Of a DNA stretch of 64,000 nucleotides, positions 46,641 to 58,809 are shown piece after piece. Below the pieces are notes generated by a model, which saw only the letters and a list, made by a program, of their open reading frames with translations, did no database searches and was not told where the DNA came from. Positions within the stretch are counted from its first letter, which is position 1. Each line of letters opens with the position of its first letter. The translations under genes and the position numbers were made by a program. Source of the stretch: Zancudomyces culisetae HAW-14-8 (Eukaryota > Fungi > Kickxellomycota); the NCBI GenBank assembly GCA_052426225.1, contig JBNJNM010000011.1, forward strand, positions 2,542,001 through 2,606,000, in the 5' to 3' direction.

Positions 46641-46704
46641 AAAAATAAAAGAAAATAAAAGAAAATAAAAGAAAATAATAGAAAATAATAGAAAATAATA
46701 GAAA
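46641..46704. repeat. 10-mer tandem repeat (GAAAATAAAA then GAAAATAATA)
   Basis: About 6 units in phase with the 10-nt blocks. Confidence 0.85.
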
Positions 46705-48260
46705 AGTGGTAGTAAAATATTTATTGTTTAATGCTCTAGCATTTTGTACATATTTCACCTTTACTTTTGCTTTTCTTTCATTCATGTATCTGTTTCCCTT
46801 ATTCTCATATACCTATTGTTTATTTTATTAGTAAACAGGATTACATTATTTTCAACCATCACTAAAAATCCAAAGTGAAATAGTGGTTTACTTGTGCTTT
46901 TATAATTTTCAAGTATCTCATTCTTACTTTAATCATTTGTATTCCCAATACCAATGTATAAGGTAAACATTCCCAGTTAAAAGGAAAAAAAGGTTGATAT
47001 ATAACAAAAACAGAGCACACACATATACACGTATACATGCATATTCAACCTAACACAAACCCAGGCCCAGACCTAGACCCAGACCTAGGCTTAGACTTAG
47101 ACTTAGACTTAAACTCAAAAGAGAAATCTGCTAGCCAGGATAATGATAGCAATGGCGATGGGCCGGTACTAGAAATCAAGAGATATAGGCTGTTTTATGA
47201 ATATATGTTGGACTTGGTTTTATAGGTAGGTTACTCACAGAGTATATCCAACAAATAGGAAAATAAAAATTGACATGCATTTTGTGTGGGCCAAGCCTAA
47301 ATATACATCTCGTTACTTCCTCTTTTATGTAAGCTAGAAGCCAGTAGCTACGAGTGTTACAAATATATAAAATTACATCTTTGTTTCTCTCACAAACACT
47401 CTCTCACACCACCTCACCTCACCCAACATCACCTAATTCACCAACTTCACTTCTAATTCGTTTTTTTTTCTTCTTCATATTGGAATTTGTCCTTGTCATT
47501 TACAGCCTAATAAAAAAAAATATTTTTAATCCATTAAAAAGTCAATAGTAAAATCCCATCAAATATTGGTCAGTTTTGCAAGTTCCAAAAAATAAATACC
47601 TCAAGATTACCTGTCAACGGCACCTTTTTTTCTTTCCAGTTTAAACAGATATGAGGTGAGTTGATTATCCAACATCAATTCTTGCTTTTTTTTTTCTCTA
47701 GCACAAAAACTCTCTTGAATAAATTACAATTAGTCTTTTCTCTAACTTTTATTACCCTATCCTTTCCTCTCTTCGCTCTTCCTTTCATCTCCCAATTACC
47801 TAGGAGAAAATGAAATTTGTAACAGTTTTCCACTCAAAATTTCTATATTTACAAAACTAAAAATCATAAGGCTTTTTTTTTTTTTAATTTTTTTTTTACG
47901 ATTATTCTTGAGTTTCCTTTAATTCATATATATATTTTTTTGTAGGCATTCCTTGTACCTCGTGTTGCTATGTTTATTTATTCAACATTTTCCCTTAATA
48001 AGCTTTAATGCTAGTGCAAATATAATTTTTTAATTTTATTTTATTTTCAAACATATTTCAACTGTTGCAACACTTTTCAATTTTATACTTATTCAGAACT
48101 TTTAATATCGACTTGTTATTCAAGGTTTCTACTAATCGAGCATTTTGTCTCAACCTTTCACAATCTCATACCCAACTTGTATTAGAAATAGAATAGCTTG
48201 GAAAAGTTTCTTTGTTTTTTTAAATAACAAAAATTAGAATTATATTTGGAATTGGGAAAG

Positions 48261-49687
48261 ATGGAGGTTCTAGAAACAGTCGAGGCAAACAACATTGAGA
48301 ATAGTACAGATACCATTGATACACCCAAACCCACAACTGCACACAATAAACATTCACAGCATCCCCACATCCGAATAGTTCCCAACATCATTGATGTGAG
48401 ACACAGCCTGTATTTCGAAGTAATTGATAGAGATGCGCCAGAAGGCCTGGTGCTAAAGGTTGGTCGTTTCACAGATAAGGTTAGTACGCATAAAAACAAA
48501 ATTGCTTTTAAGAGCAAAGTTGTTAGCAGAAGCCATGCAGAAATCTGGACAGAAGGTGGTGTGTTTTACATTAAAGACACCAAGAGTTCATCTGGAACAT
48601 TCTTGAATAACATGCGGCTTTGTCCACCTGGTGTAGAAAGTCGACCATTTCAACTTAAGGATGGCGATACTCTGCAGCTGGGCGTAGATTATCAGGGTGG
48701 TTCAATCGACATTTACAAATGTGTTAGAATTAGATTGGAAATTAATAGAAATTGGCAACGCAATAAAGATGGTGCCTTCAGGTAAGAATTTATTTATTTT
48801 AAATGTGCTATGCATATTTATCTTTATCCTAGATCAATGAACTCCATGTCTTTACATTTGAAAATGTAACGGATCAACAAAAATCACTGTTCAACTAAAA
48901 ATAAAATAGAACGCAAGTGTTGAAAAGTATCCAAAAAGCATACTACTCGCTGGAACACGACAAAGATACAGATAAAAACGAATGTTGCATTTGTTTATGC
49001 ACGATGCAAGCCTTCCAGGCATTGTTTGTGGCACCATGCTCGCATTGCTACCACTACAAATGTGTAAAACAAATGTTGTTCACCAGCACGGGATTTAGTT
49101 GTCCAATCTGTCGAACATATGCAGATTTGGAAGCGGACATAAATTCTGAAGAATATGGAGGGCATGTTTCTGATGAAGAGATGGATCATGTAGACAACAT
49201 CCTTCCAGCTATGCACGAAATCCGCCAACCAGCTGCGCACGCAGCTTCTGTGGCTACGAATCCTATACAGCAATCGCCTACCCCTAATTTGCCTAGCTCC
49301 AACACATCTGTTCAGCAACAGCAGCTGTGTTCTCCAACACCTTCAAGTATTACCCAGCAATCAAATATGGCAGATTTGCCGGCTAGAACCAATTCTTCTG
49401 CTAGTGGTGCTGAGGGTCGAAACCTACCGATTGCTCTTCCTCAGATTCAAACACTTGGACCCATTTCTATGGATATAGATATGGAATCCAACGTGTCTCC
49501 AAACAATCCACACTGGCCCGCTGGAACAACTGGGCTTGGTGTGGATAATTGTTTGGAAAGCAATATTCTTACGACAGCTGCACCTGTCCCAATTGTACTA
49601 GATTCATCTTTAAATACTGCTGAAACCCAGCTGGCTGCACCAGTTTCTACATCTAATGCTGATGTTAATAGTAATATGATCAACTAG
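48261..49687 (+). CDS. DMA1: FHA-RING E3 ubiquitin ligase, Dma1/Dma2-like; exons 48261-48781 and 48910-49687 (432 aa)
   Basis: FHA motifs VGRF, FKSKVVSRSHAEI, YIKDTKSSSGTFLN, GDTLQLGVDY..G...IYKCVRIRLEIN; RING-H2 CCICL...QALFVAPCSHCYHYKC...FSCPICRTYADLEA. Intron GTAAGA..TAG at 48782-48909 is in frame. Confidence 0.92.
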
Positions 49688-50856
49688 CATGCCAATTTAT
49701 CTTTTTAAGAATACAGCTTGTAAGTAGGGAACGGTGACTTTTTCCCTTGCTATTTTCGGTATGTATGAGTGTTTTTTTTTTGTTCTGTTTCCTGGAACAT
49801 TGGTTATCTCATCTTTATATTTCCAAGCAGCTTGCTTTATTTTTTTTTGTTTGGTTCAATTGCTTTATCATCATTTTACAAAGTTATTGAGTATACTGAT
49901 TAGTTTTTATCTCTTGTTATCTGTTTTACACTGCAATAGATCCATGTTTACAATTAATTTTATTCTGCTTTAGCTTCTTATTTTTAATTTGCTAATGATG
50001 ATAATGAAAAAAAACATCTTGATTCTCCCAACTTTTCCATCACTTTTTTAACTTGTTCGCCAAAGATTTTTCTTTCATTGGTATAAAGATGATTGTGCAT
50101 AATGTCTAACACACCAATAACTACTATTACTGGTTGAACATAAATATTGAAAATAGATACATTCAATACATCTTTACACTAGCCTAAAACGCTCTTTTTG
50201 ACATTTCTTCTCTAACCCAAAAAAGTTGTGAAATAGAAACGCTTTTGCTGAGAGAATGAACTGTTTTGGTTGAAATAAGCCCATTTAATTTTCCCACATT
50301 TTGATTCAGAATGTATGCCGAAAAAGAGTGAGGCGAATATTCCAAATTCCAAATTCCAAAAAAAGTAAAAAAATAAAAATAATACTTGGCAGCTATTCCA
50401 ACCAGGCATGTCATAAAGCTTACTAATAAAAATTACAAATTCCAATGGTTTCGCCTCCGATTCCTCCTCATCTTCTCATTCACTACCCCCAACTCCCAGT
50501 GCTTCCTCTTGCACCCTCCCCTACCCCCCAAAAAATAAAGTTTAATAAAATCCGCAGAATCGAATGCTGCGGAAAGAATCAAGCCATAAGGAATTACCAG
50601 CTTTATTATTCTCTATCTACCAGAGATATTTTTGTACAACTTTGCAAATATAAAAAAGAAAGTATAAATAACAGAGATACCTTGGACTTTTTTTAGTCAT
50701 CCGCATTAAAGTAATACAACAATCCTAGACACGATATAGTAAAAAAACATTTATATTTCACTAGATTTATAGACTTGTAACAACATTTAGTTAGAGATAA
50801 ATTTAATACATTCCCCATTTCAATTGACGAACAGAATACATTGCAATATAGAAAAA

Positions 50857-53800
50857 ATGGCCACGGTTGCAGATAATCAGCAATTGGATCCTAAAGGAAA
50901 TGAAAATAATAACAACAACAATAACAATAACACTCCCAATACTAGCAGCCCTGTAGGCAGAAATAATAAAAGCAGTAGGGGAGGACCCAGATTCAATAAA
51001 CAAAGTACAAGAAGGCAGGATAATCAAATACGAAGAATCCAAGAAAAAAGTAATGAAAACAGACGCGGCACAGGAGTAGCTAGCAGTATAGCCATACCTG
51101 TAGCCAGCGATGACGTTATGGCAAGAATGGATTCGGGTGCACGGTACACGTTTATGATGGAGAATCTGGACGAGGGGTTGTCACAGATTTTCGATAATAC
51201 TAGTGCAACTAGCCTCGTAAAAAAAGTAGAATTGGTATCAACTATTAACGGCCGTAGTGGTGGCGGCAGTGAAGAGCGAGCGGTACTCAAACAAGGCAAG
51301 GAAAGAGAAATAAATATAAAGGCAAACACGGACGCAGACATGGTAAATGTTGGTAAAAGAGAACAAGTGGGACAAAACGAAAGAAGAGGTAGAGAATCTA
51401 GAAGAGGAAAAGAAAACAGTAGAAATGTTGGAGGAGGAGTGGAAAGAAAAGTTCGAGAGAAGGAAATATATATAGAAACGGAGAGGAATGCAGGAAATGA
51501 AGATAGGCTAAAAAGACTAGCAGCCAATTATCAAGCTAGTGGGCTAACAAGTAAAAATGAGCAAAAAAAAGACGAGGCGAAGCAGAAACAGGAGGATCGG
51601 AACAAGGAGGATCGAGGAAGAGGAGGTTTTGGGAGCAGACTGAGCCAGGAGCCGGGAAATCGTGATCAACCAAAAGGCAGTAGCGAAGGCAAAAGTGTAG
51701 CAGCTTCTCCTGGGCATGGCAAGGTAGACAACAGGGAAATGCACAGCCAGCTGATCAAAAGACTGGAGAATGAGCGGTATGAGTGTATGATATGCTGTGA
51801 AAAGGTCAGACGAAGACAGGACATTTGGAGCTGCGATCAGTGCTGGGGGATTTTCCATCTGGGATGCGTAAGCCAGTGGGCGATCCAATCAGTAGCTAAG
51901 GAGCCAGAGCGCAAGTGGCGGTGCCCAGGATGTCAATTCAAACGATTGGAGGTACCAGCACGACCAGTGTGTTTCTGTGGCAAGCATGAATGGGTGAATA
52001 ACAGCGGACAGTACCGTGGAAGAATACCACATGCTTGTAATCAAGTGTGTGGAAAGCCGTTGGCACGATGTAGTCATTTTTGTGAGCAACTGTGCCATCC
52101 AGGAAGGTGCCCAGACTGTCCGAAAACAGAATATTTGCGGCAGTGTTATTGTGGGAAAATGATGTCAATGTCATCATGTGGTGAGAAAAAAGCAGCTAGC
52201 TCTGGTGGACAACAAGTATCAGCACTCAAGAGTTGTGGAGAGGTTTGTGGAAAGTTGTTGGGATGTATGGAGCATCGATGTGAAAGGGTTTGTCACGAAG
52301 GATCGTGTGGCGACTGTACTAAGCAGATGGTGGGACAGCCGTGTTATTGTGGTGCAGAACAGCGCACTGTTTCTGTACACGTTGGTGACAAAGAGGTAGG
52401 ATATATCATGAATAAGGTTGAAGATTCCGACCGGCACACATTAGTACAACATACTGGGTATTATTCATGTTCGAATAAGTGTAATGTAGCATTTAGGTGT
52501 GGTTTACACTCATGCGAATCGTCGTGCCACAGCCATCAACTCGCAGCTCCGAATAAACATGAATCTTCCGAGCCGATTGATTTGGAGCTATGTCCGTTCG
52601 ATATTTCTGTGATTACTACATGCCATTGTGGTCAGAAATCACTAGCAGAACTTGGAGTCGTGCGGAACAGCTGCAGGGATGAAGTTCCGGCCTGTGATTC
52701 CAAGTGTTCCAAGGTACTTGCATGTGGTCACAAGTGTAGTGTAAATTGCCACCCAGGCTCATGTCCACCATGCACGACCTTAGTTAGTGCATATTGTCGC
52801 TGTGGTCAAAAGAGCTTTGAGATGCAATGCAGCCAAGTTAAGGCTGAGATAGAAGACTCTCGGGTCTGTACCAATGTATGTACAAAGCTACGAACCTGTA
52901 AACGTCATCAGTGTCGAGTGATTTGTTGTCCAGGAAACCGACTGGATTCCGTTTCCAAAATGAAAAAAACGAGTTCGCAACAAACCCGTGAGCCTCAAAA
53001 ACATGCTGAATTGATAAACCAGTTCCACAAATGTACACTGACATGTAACAAGCCGCTGAAATGCGGACGTCACAAGTGTCAAGAGCTGTGTCATCTCGGC
53101 CCATGTACGCAGTGTGTATCCGTTTCCTTTGAGCCACTTGTATGTGGCTGCGGCATGACTCGCATAGATCCACCCGTTCCATGTGGTGCTGTTTTGCCCA
53201 AGTGCCCGTATGTTTGCACTCAGGAAAGGACCTGTGGTCACCACGACTTGTTTCCCCACGACTGTCATCCAGCCTCTACCCCCTGTCCGCCATGTACAAA
53301 GCTTGTCACAAAGACCTGCCAGTGCTACCGCCATCAATCCGTTACTTCTACACCTTGCCATCGTTCCATTGTATCCTGTGGTCTGGTCTGCGGCAAATTA
53401 CTTCCGTGTGGCAGTCATTCTTGCGAACGAATTTGCCATTCCGACTCTGATTCTTGTGTTTCTGTTTCTAATGGTGAGTGCAAGGCAGTTTGTGGTAAAC
53501 TGAAAAGTTGTGGCCACCCTTGCCCCTTACCATGCCATGCTCCTTCTCGATGTCCTGAAGGCCTCGAATGCGACTTTATTGTTACCAGACACTGTAAATG
53601 CGGAAACTATGAGGCTCAGGTCCCATGTCATGTCGGTCGTCCATCTCATTCATCAAGTTCTGTCAAATATCTGGATTGCAGTGAATTATGTAAGGTTCTC
53701 GCTAGAAACCGTGCTCTAGCATCTGCGTTTGAAGTGGACCAAAACGCACAGCATTTATCTGGTGACCTTGTTAATGTCCAGTACCACGAGTACCTTGTGT

Positions 53801-54159
53801 CGTTTGCTCTTTCCAACAAACCATTTCTACTCCGTGTCGAAGCTGCTGTCAACGAGTTTATCTGCGATTCTACAAAGTGGTGCCATTGGTTCATTCCAAT
53901 GAAGCAGGAAATGCGTCATTTCCTACATCTTTTAGCTCCTTATTATAATTGTACAAGTGCAAGTGTCGATCCTGAACCTAAACGGGCTGTCTGTTGGACA
54001 AAGCGAAACATTTCTTCGAGCAATTTACCTATTGTGCCTTTATCCACTGCACTCTTTGATTCTACGATCTTTGATCCCTCCCATCCAAAGAATCCCATCT
54101 ATGTTCCCGTTCCTCTTGAAATTTATTACTTAATCAACTACGCCCAACAGGAACAGTAA
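50857..54159 (+). CDS. FAP1: NF-X1-type zinc-finger protein (FAP1/NFX1/shuttle craft): RING, NF-X1 repeats, R3H
   Basis: YECMICCE...WSCDQCWGIFHLGCVSQW...WRCPGCQ RING; repeated CGK.L.CG.H.C...CH.G.C..C; R3H PMKQEMRHFLHLLA.YY..S.SVDPEPKR. ATG at 50857. Confidence 0.9.
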   Translation: MATVADNQQLDPKGNENNNNNNNNNTPNTSSPVGRNNKSSRGGPRFNKQSTRRQDNQIRRIQEKSNENRRGTGVASSIAIPVASDDVMARMDSGARYTFMMENLDEGLSQIFDNTSATSLVKKVELVSTINGRSGGGSEERAVLKQGKEREINIKANTDADMVNVGKREQVGQNERRGRESRRGKENSRNVGGGVERKVREKEIYIETERNAGNEDRLKRLAANYQASGLTSKNEQKKDEAKQKQEDRNKEDRGRGGFGSRLSQEPGNRDQPKGSSEGKSVAASPGHGKVDNREMHSQLIKRLENERYECMICCEKVRRRQDIWSCDQCWGIFHLGCVSQWAIQSVAKEPERKWRCPGCQFKRLEVPARPVCFCGKHEWVNNSGQYRGRIPHACNQVCGKPLARCSHFCEQLCHPGRCPDCPKTEYLRQCYCGKMMSMSSCGEKKAASSGGQQVSALKSCGEVCGKLLGCMEHRCERVCHEGSCGDCTKQMVGQPCYCGAEQRTVSVHVGDKEVGYIMNKVEDSDRHTLVQHTGYYSCSNKCNVAFRCGLHSCESSCHSHQLAAPNKHESSEPIDLELCPFDISVITTCHCGQKSLAELGVVRNSCRDEVPACDSKCSKVLACGHKCSVNCHPGSCPPCTTLVSAYCRCGQKSFEMQCSQVKAEIEDSRVCTNVCTKLRTCKRHQCRVICCPGNRLDSVSKMKKTSSQQTREPQKHAELINQFHKCTLTCNKPLKCGRHKCQELCHLGPCTQCVSVSFEPLVCGCGMTRIDPPVPCGAVLPKCPYVCTQERTCGHHDLFPHDCHPASTPCPPCTKLVTKTCQCYRHQSVTSTPCHRSIVSCGLVCGKLLPCGSHSCERICHSDSDSCVSVSNGECKAVCGKLKSCGHPCPLPCHAPSRCPEGLECDFIVTRHCKCGNYEAQVPCHVGRPSHSSSSVKYLDCSELCKVLARNRALASAFEVDQNAQHLSGDLVNVQYHEYLVSFALSNKPFLLRVEAAVNEFICDSTKWCHWFIPMKQEMRHFLHLLAPYYNCTSASVDPEPKRAVCWTKRNISSSNLPIVPLSTALFDSTIFDPSHPKNPIYVPVPLEIYYLINYAQQEQ

Positions 54160-55856
54160 TCCAATCACCATCACTATCTTCATATTCTTACTATGATATC
54201 TCAGGATTCCACTTTATGTTGATGACTATACAAACTCTGGTATTGTCATTTTACATGATTTATGCTTGTTCTATAGGCGGCAGCCTTTTTTTTTCCAGTT
54301 TAAAACAGGGTAAATATCCTGGACACCTAGGGATAGAAAATAAAATGGAGGATTGCTTTGTACCCAAACAGCTTACCCCCCTCCCTCCCCCTTATCTTTG
54401 CTTTTGCAGAAATATAGTACTGTTTTACCATTACTAATTGGTATTATCTTTTATTTACTATAAACCCTTTAGTGCAGTTTAACCATTTTTTGTAGCTGGA
54501 AAAGTATAAATTCAACTGTTATTTTTTTTGTTGCATTACATGATGTATTACAAAACACAAACAAAACCAAAATATTAAAAGTGAAAAAAAAGGAGAGCAT
54601 TAGTGGTTATATAGTAACGTAAGGATCGTATGATTCATCCATGTATTGATATTCTGTAGTATTGAATGGTAGTAACTGCATTTGCTTCACAGCTTTTTCT
54701 TTGTTTAGATAAACTGGTTTTTTATCAATCATTCCTTCATTTTGCACACAATAACATTTACTTTGTCAGTATAGACGAGTTGGAAAGATATTGATTTAGG
54801 CCAAGATCAACTAAAACCAAATAACACTTACAATTACTTATACTCCATACTCCATACTTCCATGTCTTCTTATTCTTGTGTCCTATAACTCACATTCTCT
54901 TACTCAACTTTATGATTTGTTTAATTGCAGTTAGTATCACAATTGGTACTGATCATGCATTACAATGTTTGGTCGTACACAATAAAGTTTAGTAAAATAA
55001 ATAATGAGGTACAAATGATCTTTTCTCAAGTTAGTGGAGTGGATTTGAATGAAGGTGAATGAATGTGAGAGACGAGAGGGGGAAGTGAGTGGGAATGAAG
55101 TGATACTCTTACAAATCCAAACGCGAAAATAAAAGGGAAAAAAAAAAAGAGATAACAAATCTTGTGTTGATTCATTATATAATGTGCTAATTAATGTATA
55201 CAACAGGATCTTATTAGTAATAATATACGGGATTATGTTATCTTGTGTTTGTATGTCTCCCAATCTTGTATACAAGTTTGAGATAAGTAGAATCCAAAAT
55301 ATCATTAGCGCTACAACTGTGAGTGTGTTTATTTGTTTGTTTGTTTGTTATTCAAAATATAATTGTGGATGATAAACTGTAAGAGTTTTTAGCCTGTTCT
55401 TCACTCTTCATATCTCTCACTTTTTTACTTGCATTTTTCTTATTTTTTCTAAAAGATTCTATCCTGGAAATGTCTGCGTTTCCTACCAGAAAGACCTAAA
55501 GTAAAGGTAAATGCAAACGCAAACGCAAATGGAATTATAAATGCAAATGCAAATGCAAGTATAATTCAAAAAGAAAAGGGGGAGGATTTTAGCAGCTTGA
55601 TTAAAACCAAAAATCACATGAGTATAAAACTAGAATCTGAAATCAAATGCAAAGCTGAAAAGGGTAAAGATTACTAACAATTACTGAAAATCCTCTTCTT
55701 CCGATCCATTTATATTGAGCAAATCGGAGGAGTTTTTTTTCATTATTCACAGCTTTTCCATCACTTTTCTACCTTCGCTACCCATTTGCATATTTCCTTT
55801 TTTGTGCGATTGAGGACTCGACTCGAATATGTCACAGTTGCTTTACTTGTTACCCT

Positions 55857-55895
55857 CAAACAAAAACAAAAACAAAAACAAAAGCAAAAACAAAA
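55857..55895. repeat. (CAAAAA)n hexamer microsatellite
   Basis: caaaaa units; gives the QKQKQK run in the spurious ORF at 55786. Confidence 0.8.
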
Positions 55896-58809
55896 AAAAG
55901 AAAGAAACGAAAAGAAACCAACCGCCTCATCAACCAATCCCTTGTTGTTTGCAATTGATGGTAATAGAACCGGATATAGTTTGACTACTAAATTTGGTAT
56001 ACCTGTTTCACCGCATGTGGTTAAAATAAACAGAAAAAAAAAGGGTTTACAGGGTTCTTTTTCTTTTATTACTTTATTTTATTTTATTTTGTTGACTGTT
56101 ATCTCCTTTTATTCTTCTTGACGTATCATGATATCTCTTGATTTATTGATTTACAGTTACCTGCGTAGCACTTAAAGGTCGAGCATGTTGGAAGAAGGGA
56201 GGGAGGGGGGGGGGATGTAACAAGAATAAGGCTGTGGATTGAGCTTAAACAATCCCACCTTATGGCCTGTTGCTTAAAGTGTATTTTGGGCCACAATATA
56301 AATATGCTTTATTGGGTACTGAACACCACTTGACACTAATCGCGGATGGGGTGGGGGAGTTTTCTTGTTTGTTAAAACACAAATGCGCAGCTTGTCAATC
56401 AATTCTGCTAAATTATATTTACCTTTACCTTTATTAACCAGAATCCTAAAACCAAACAATAAAAAAACGAGGGGGAGGAAGGAGGAAAGGGGAAGGAATC
56501 CTGGTTTGGAAAATGGTTCAAAGTAAACTACAAAATACAATTGTTGAGGAGGATTGTGATTAAATTAAGTGTATTAACGAATTTGGTAGTTTTTTAATGG
56601 GTTGGTATTTGTAATATATAGGTGAAAAAAATTGCCTGTACTAAACAGATAAAAAAGGCAAATAGTTAAGGATAAACTTTGTATTGAATTTACCCAAATT
56701 TATCTTTGGCATGATGGATATTGGAGGGAGTGGGGGGGGGGGAGGGTAGTGTAGGGTGGAATACTATGGTGGTTTAATGATACTTTAACCAAACGACAGA
56801 GAGATTTCCATTGAGATCGAAATCACAACAATAAAATACGCGGCCATTTTTGTCTATACCTGCTCCGTTCGTTTTTTTTTGTTTATTGCTTTATTCTTTG
56901 GTCGGAGATGGAATTTATGGGTAATAGCAGTAATTTCTTTTCTTAGTAATAGCCATACTTTTTTTGATATATACTTTTGTGATCCCCAATATATCATATA
57001 TAGAAATGAAAAAAGAAGAAACAGGATGTGATAATCAAATTGTGGATTTTTTTTTTTACTGTTCATTTGTTTTTTGTTGAAAGTTACGTTATAATAAGCT
57101 GAATTATACCAAATTAAACCAAATTAAAATATCTAAACAAATTAAAGGATAATATGTTTAGCTTCAGTCTCAAAGGAGGTCGTGAATAGCAGAAAAAAGT
57201 CCCCAGTAAGCAATGTAGGATGGATGAATAGAAATATCAACGTACTAATTGACACGCGGGAATAATGTCTACTTTGCGTGAATTTGTCCAGCTATAACGC
57301 CAATAAAATAGTCCAACTTAGGGAACAGATATAGACTTTTTTGCCACGTGACAGAACAACACACATTCTAGATCTTTTTCTCAAGAACGGTTTTTTTATT
57401 TATTGAGAATCATGATGAATAACAATAGAAATAATACTTTCTGACTGAATAAGAATTGTGTATGTGATGTGGTGGAGTGGAGTGGAGTGGGTTTTTTTAT
57501 TGATGATTATACCGATAAGAAAAGCTCGAGGTAAATGATCTTGAATAAAGAAAAATCTTTTTTTCATTTATAATGAAATTATAAATAAATCACACTAAAA
57601 GATAGGAAGAAAAACAATTTTACATATTACCTCATTTACCAATTTCTTTTCGCGTCGTCTATGTTAATTCATATACACTGAGCGGTGCGTTCAAAAACCA
57701 AAGTGGTACAATTAGGGGAAAATCAATACCTGCTATTCAGCAAATTAACCACAAAAAAAAAGATTGATATTATGTTATAAGAAATTATTACAAATTTGTG
57801 TAATAGCTTGTACGAATCGAAATATTCAAAGCAAGGTTCATGAGGGTTTATAATTAGGTAGAGGTTGAATTATTTTTTTTGACGGGAGTGATGAACATTC
57901 TTTTGAGGGAAAAAGAAAAACAAACTACAGAGTTTAGCAAGTAGAGAAGGCTTGAAGAGTATGACTGGACAAGTGAAAGGATCTATTGCATAATATATTG
58001 ATTTCAGTCATTTGTTTGTATTTCTACTTCCAATACTATTTGGGGGCTTCAATTTTAATTTCGCTAATATTCAGATTCATGGAGTTATTTGCATTTGCAT
58101 TTCCACCTGCTTTTGCATTTGTATAATTATTTCCATTTTTATTTATGCTTAATATAGTTTGTTTTTTTTTTAAATTTTTTTAAATTTTTTTTTAAATCTG
58201 AGATTTATTGCAAAAGTTGATGTAGTTTGAGATTTGGAAAAATCGAAAATAAATAGTAAAAATAAGCTAGAAAAAATCGATACCATTGCAACATATATAA
58301 AGTAAAACGTGTAACCTAAACTAATACATATTCAAAGTGTTTTCTAAAAAAAAATAATTCATATATTAATCAAGGTTTGTGTAGAAAAAAGTGCTGAGGA
58401 CATCATTTTTTTTGGCGGCAAATGCGAACAGAAAAAAGAAACTCAGCAAAAATAGCATAGAAAACTTTGTAACATTAACTGAAATTCCTGGCGCTAATTG
58501 GTGCGCACACCTATCCCTTCATCTCTTCGTTCTTTTCTTCATGATATTACGGGATTTGTGAGTAACAAAATAGGCACACTCTTCTGTTGAAAAAACGCCC
58601 TGTATATACATTGCGAAGAACCTTCAATATTTCTATTTTTACATGCATTATTATTTCAGGATACCAGGAGAAAAAAAAGAGACCAAACTAGTTACTGAGA
58701 CTCAAAATTAAACTAAGGTAACCAAAAGTGTTACAACAGTTTACACGTCCACTATTCTGAACACAGATATATACAAAAACAGCATATTCAATACGAAGGA
58801 AAACGAATC

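Noticed and set aside
46641-46704. Periodic repeats as a CRISPR-like array
   Set aside because: Head-to-tail 10-mers with no unique spacers, no cas genes, and a eukaryotic context.
22447-54159. Focadhesin and FAP1/NFX1 as a ribosome-quality-control cluster
   Set aside because: They are about 21 kb apart with many unrelated genes between, so there is no evidence beyond a thematic coincidence.
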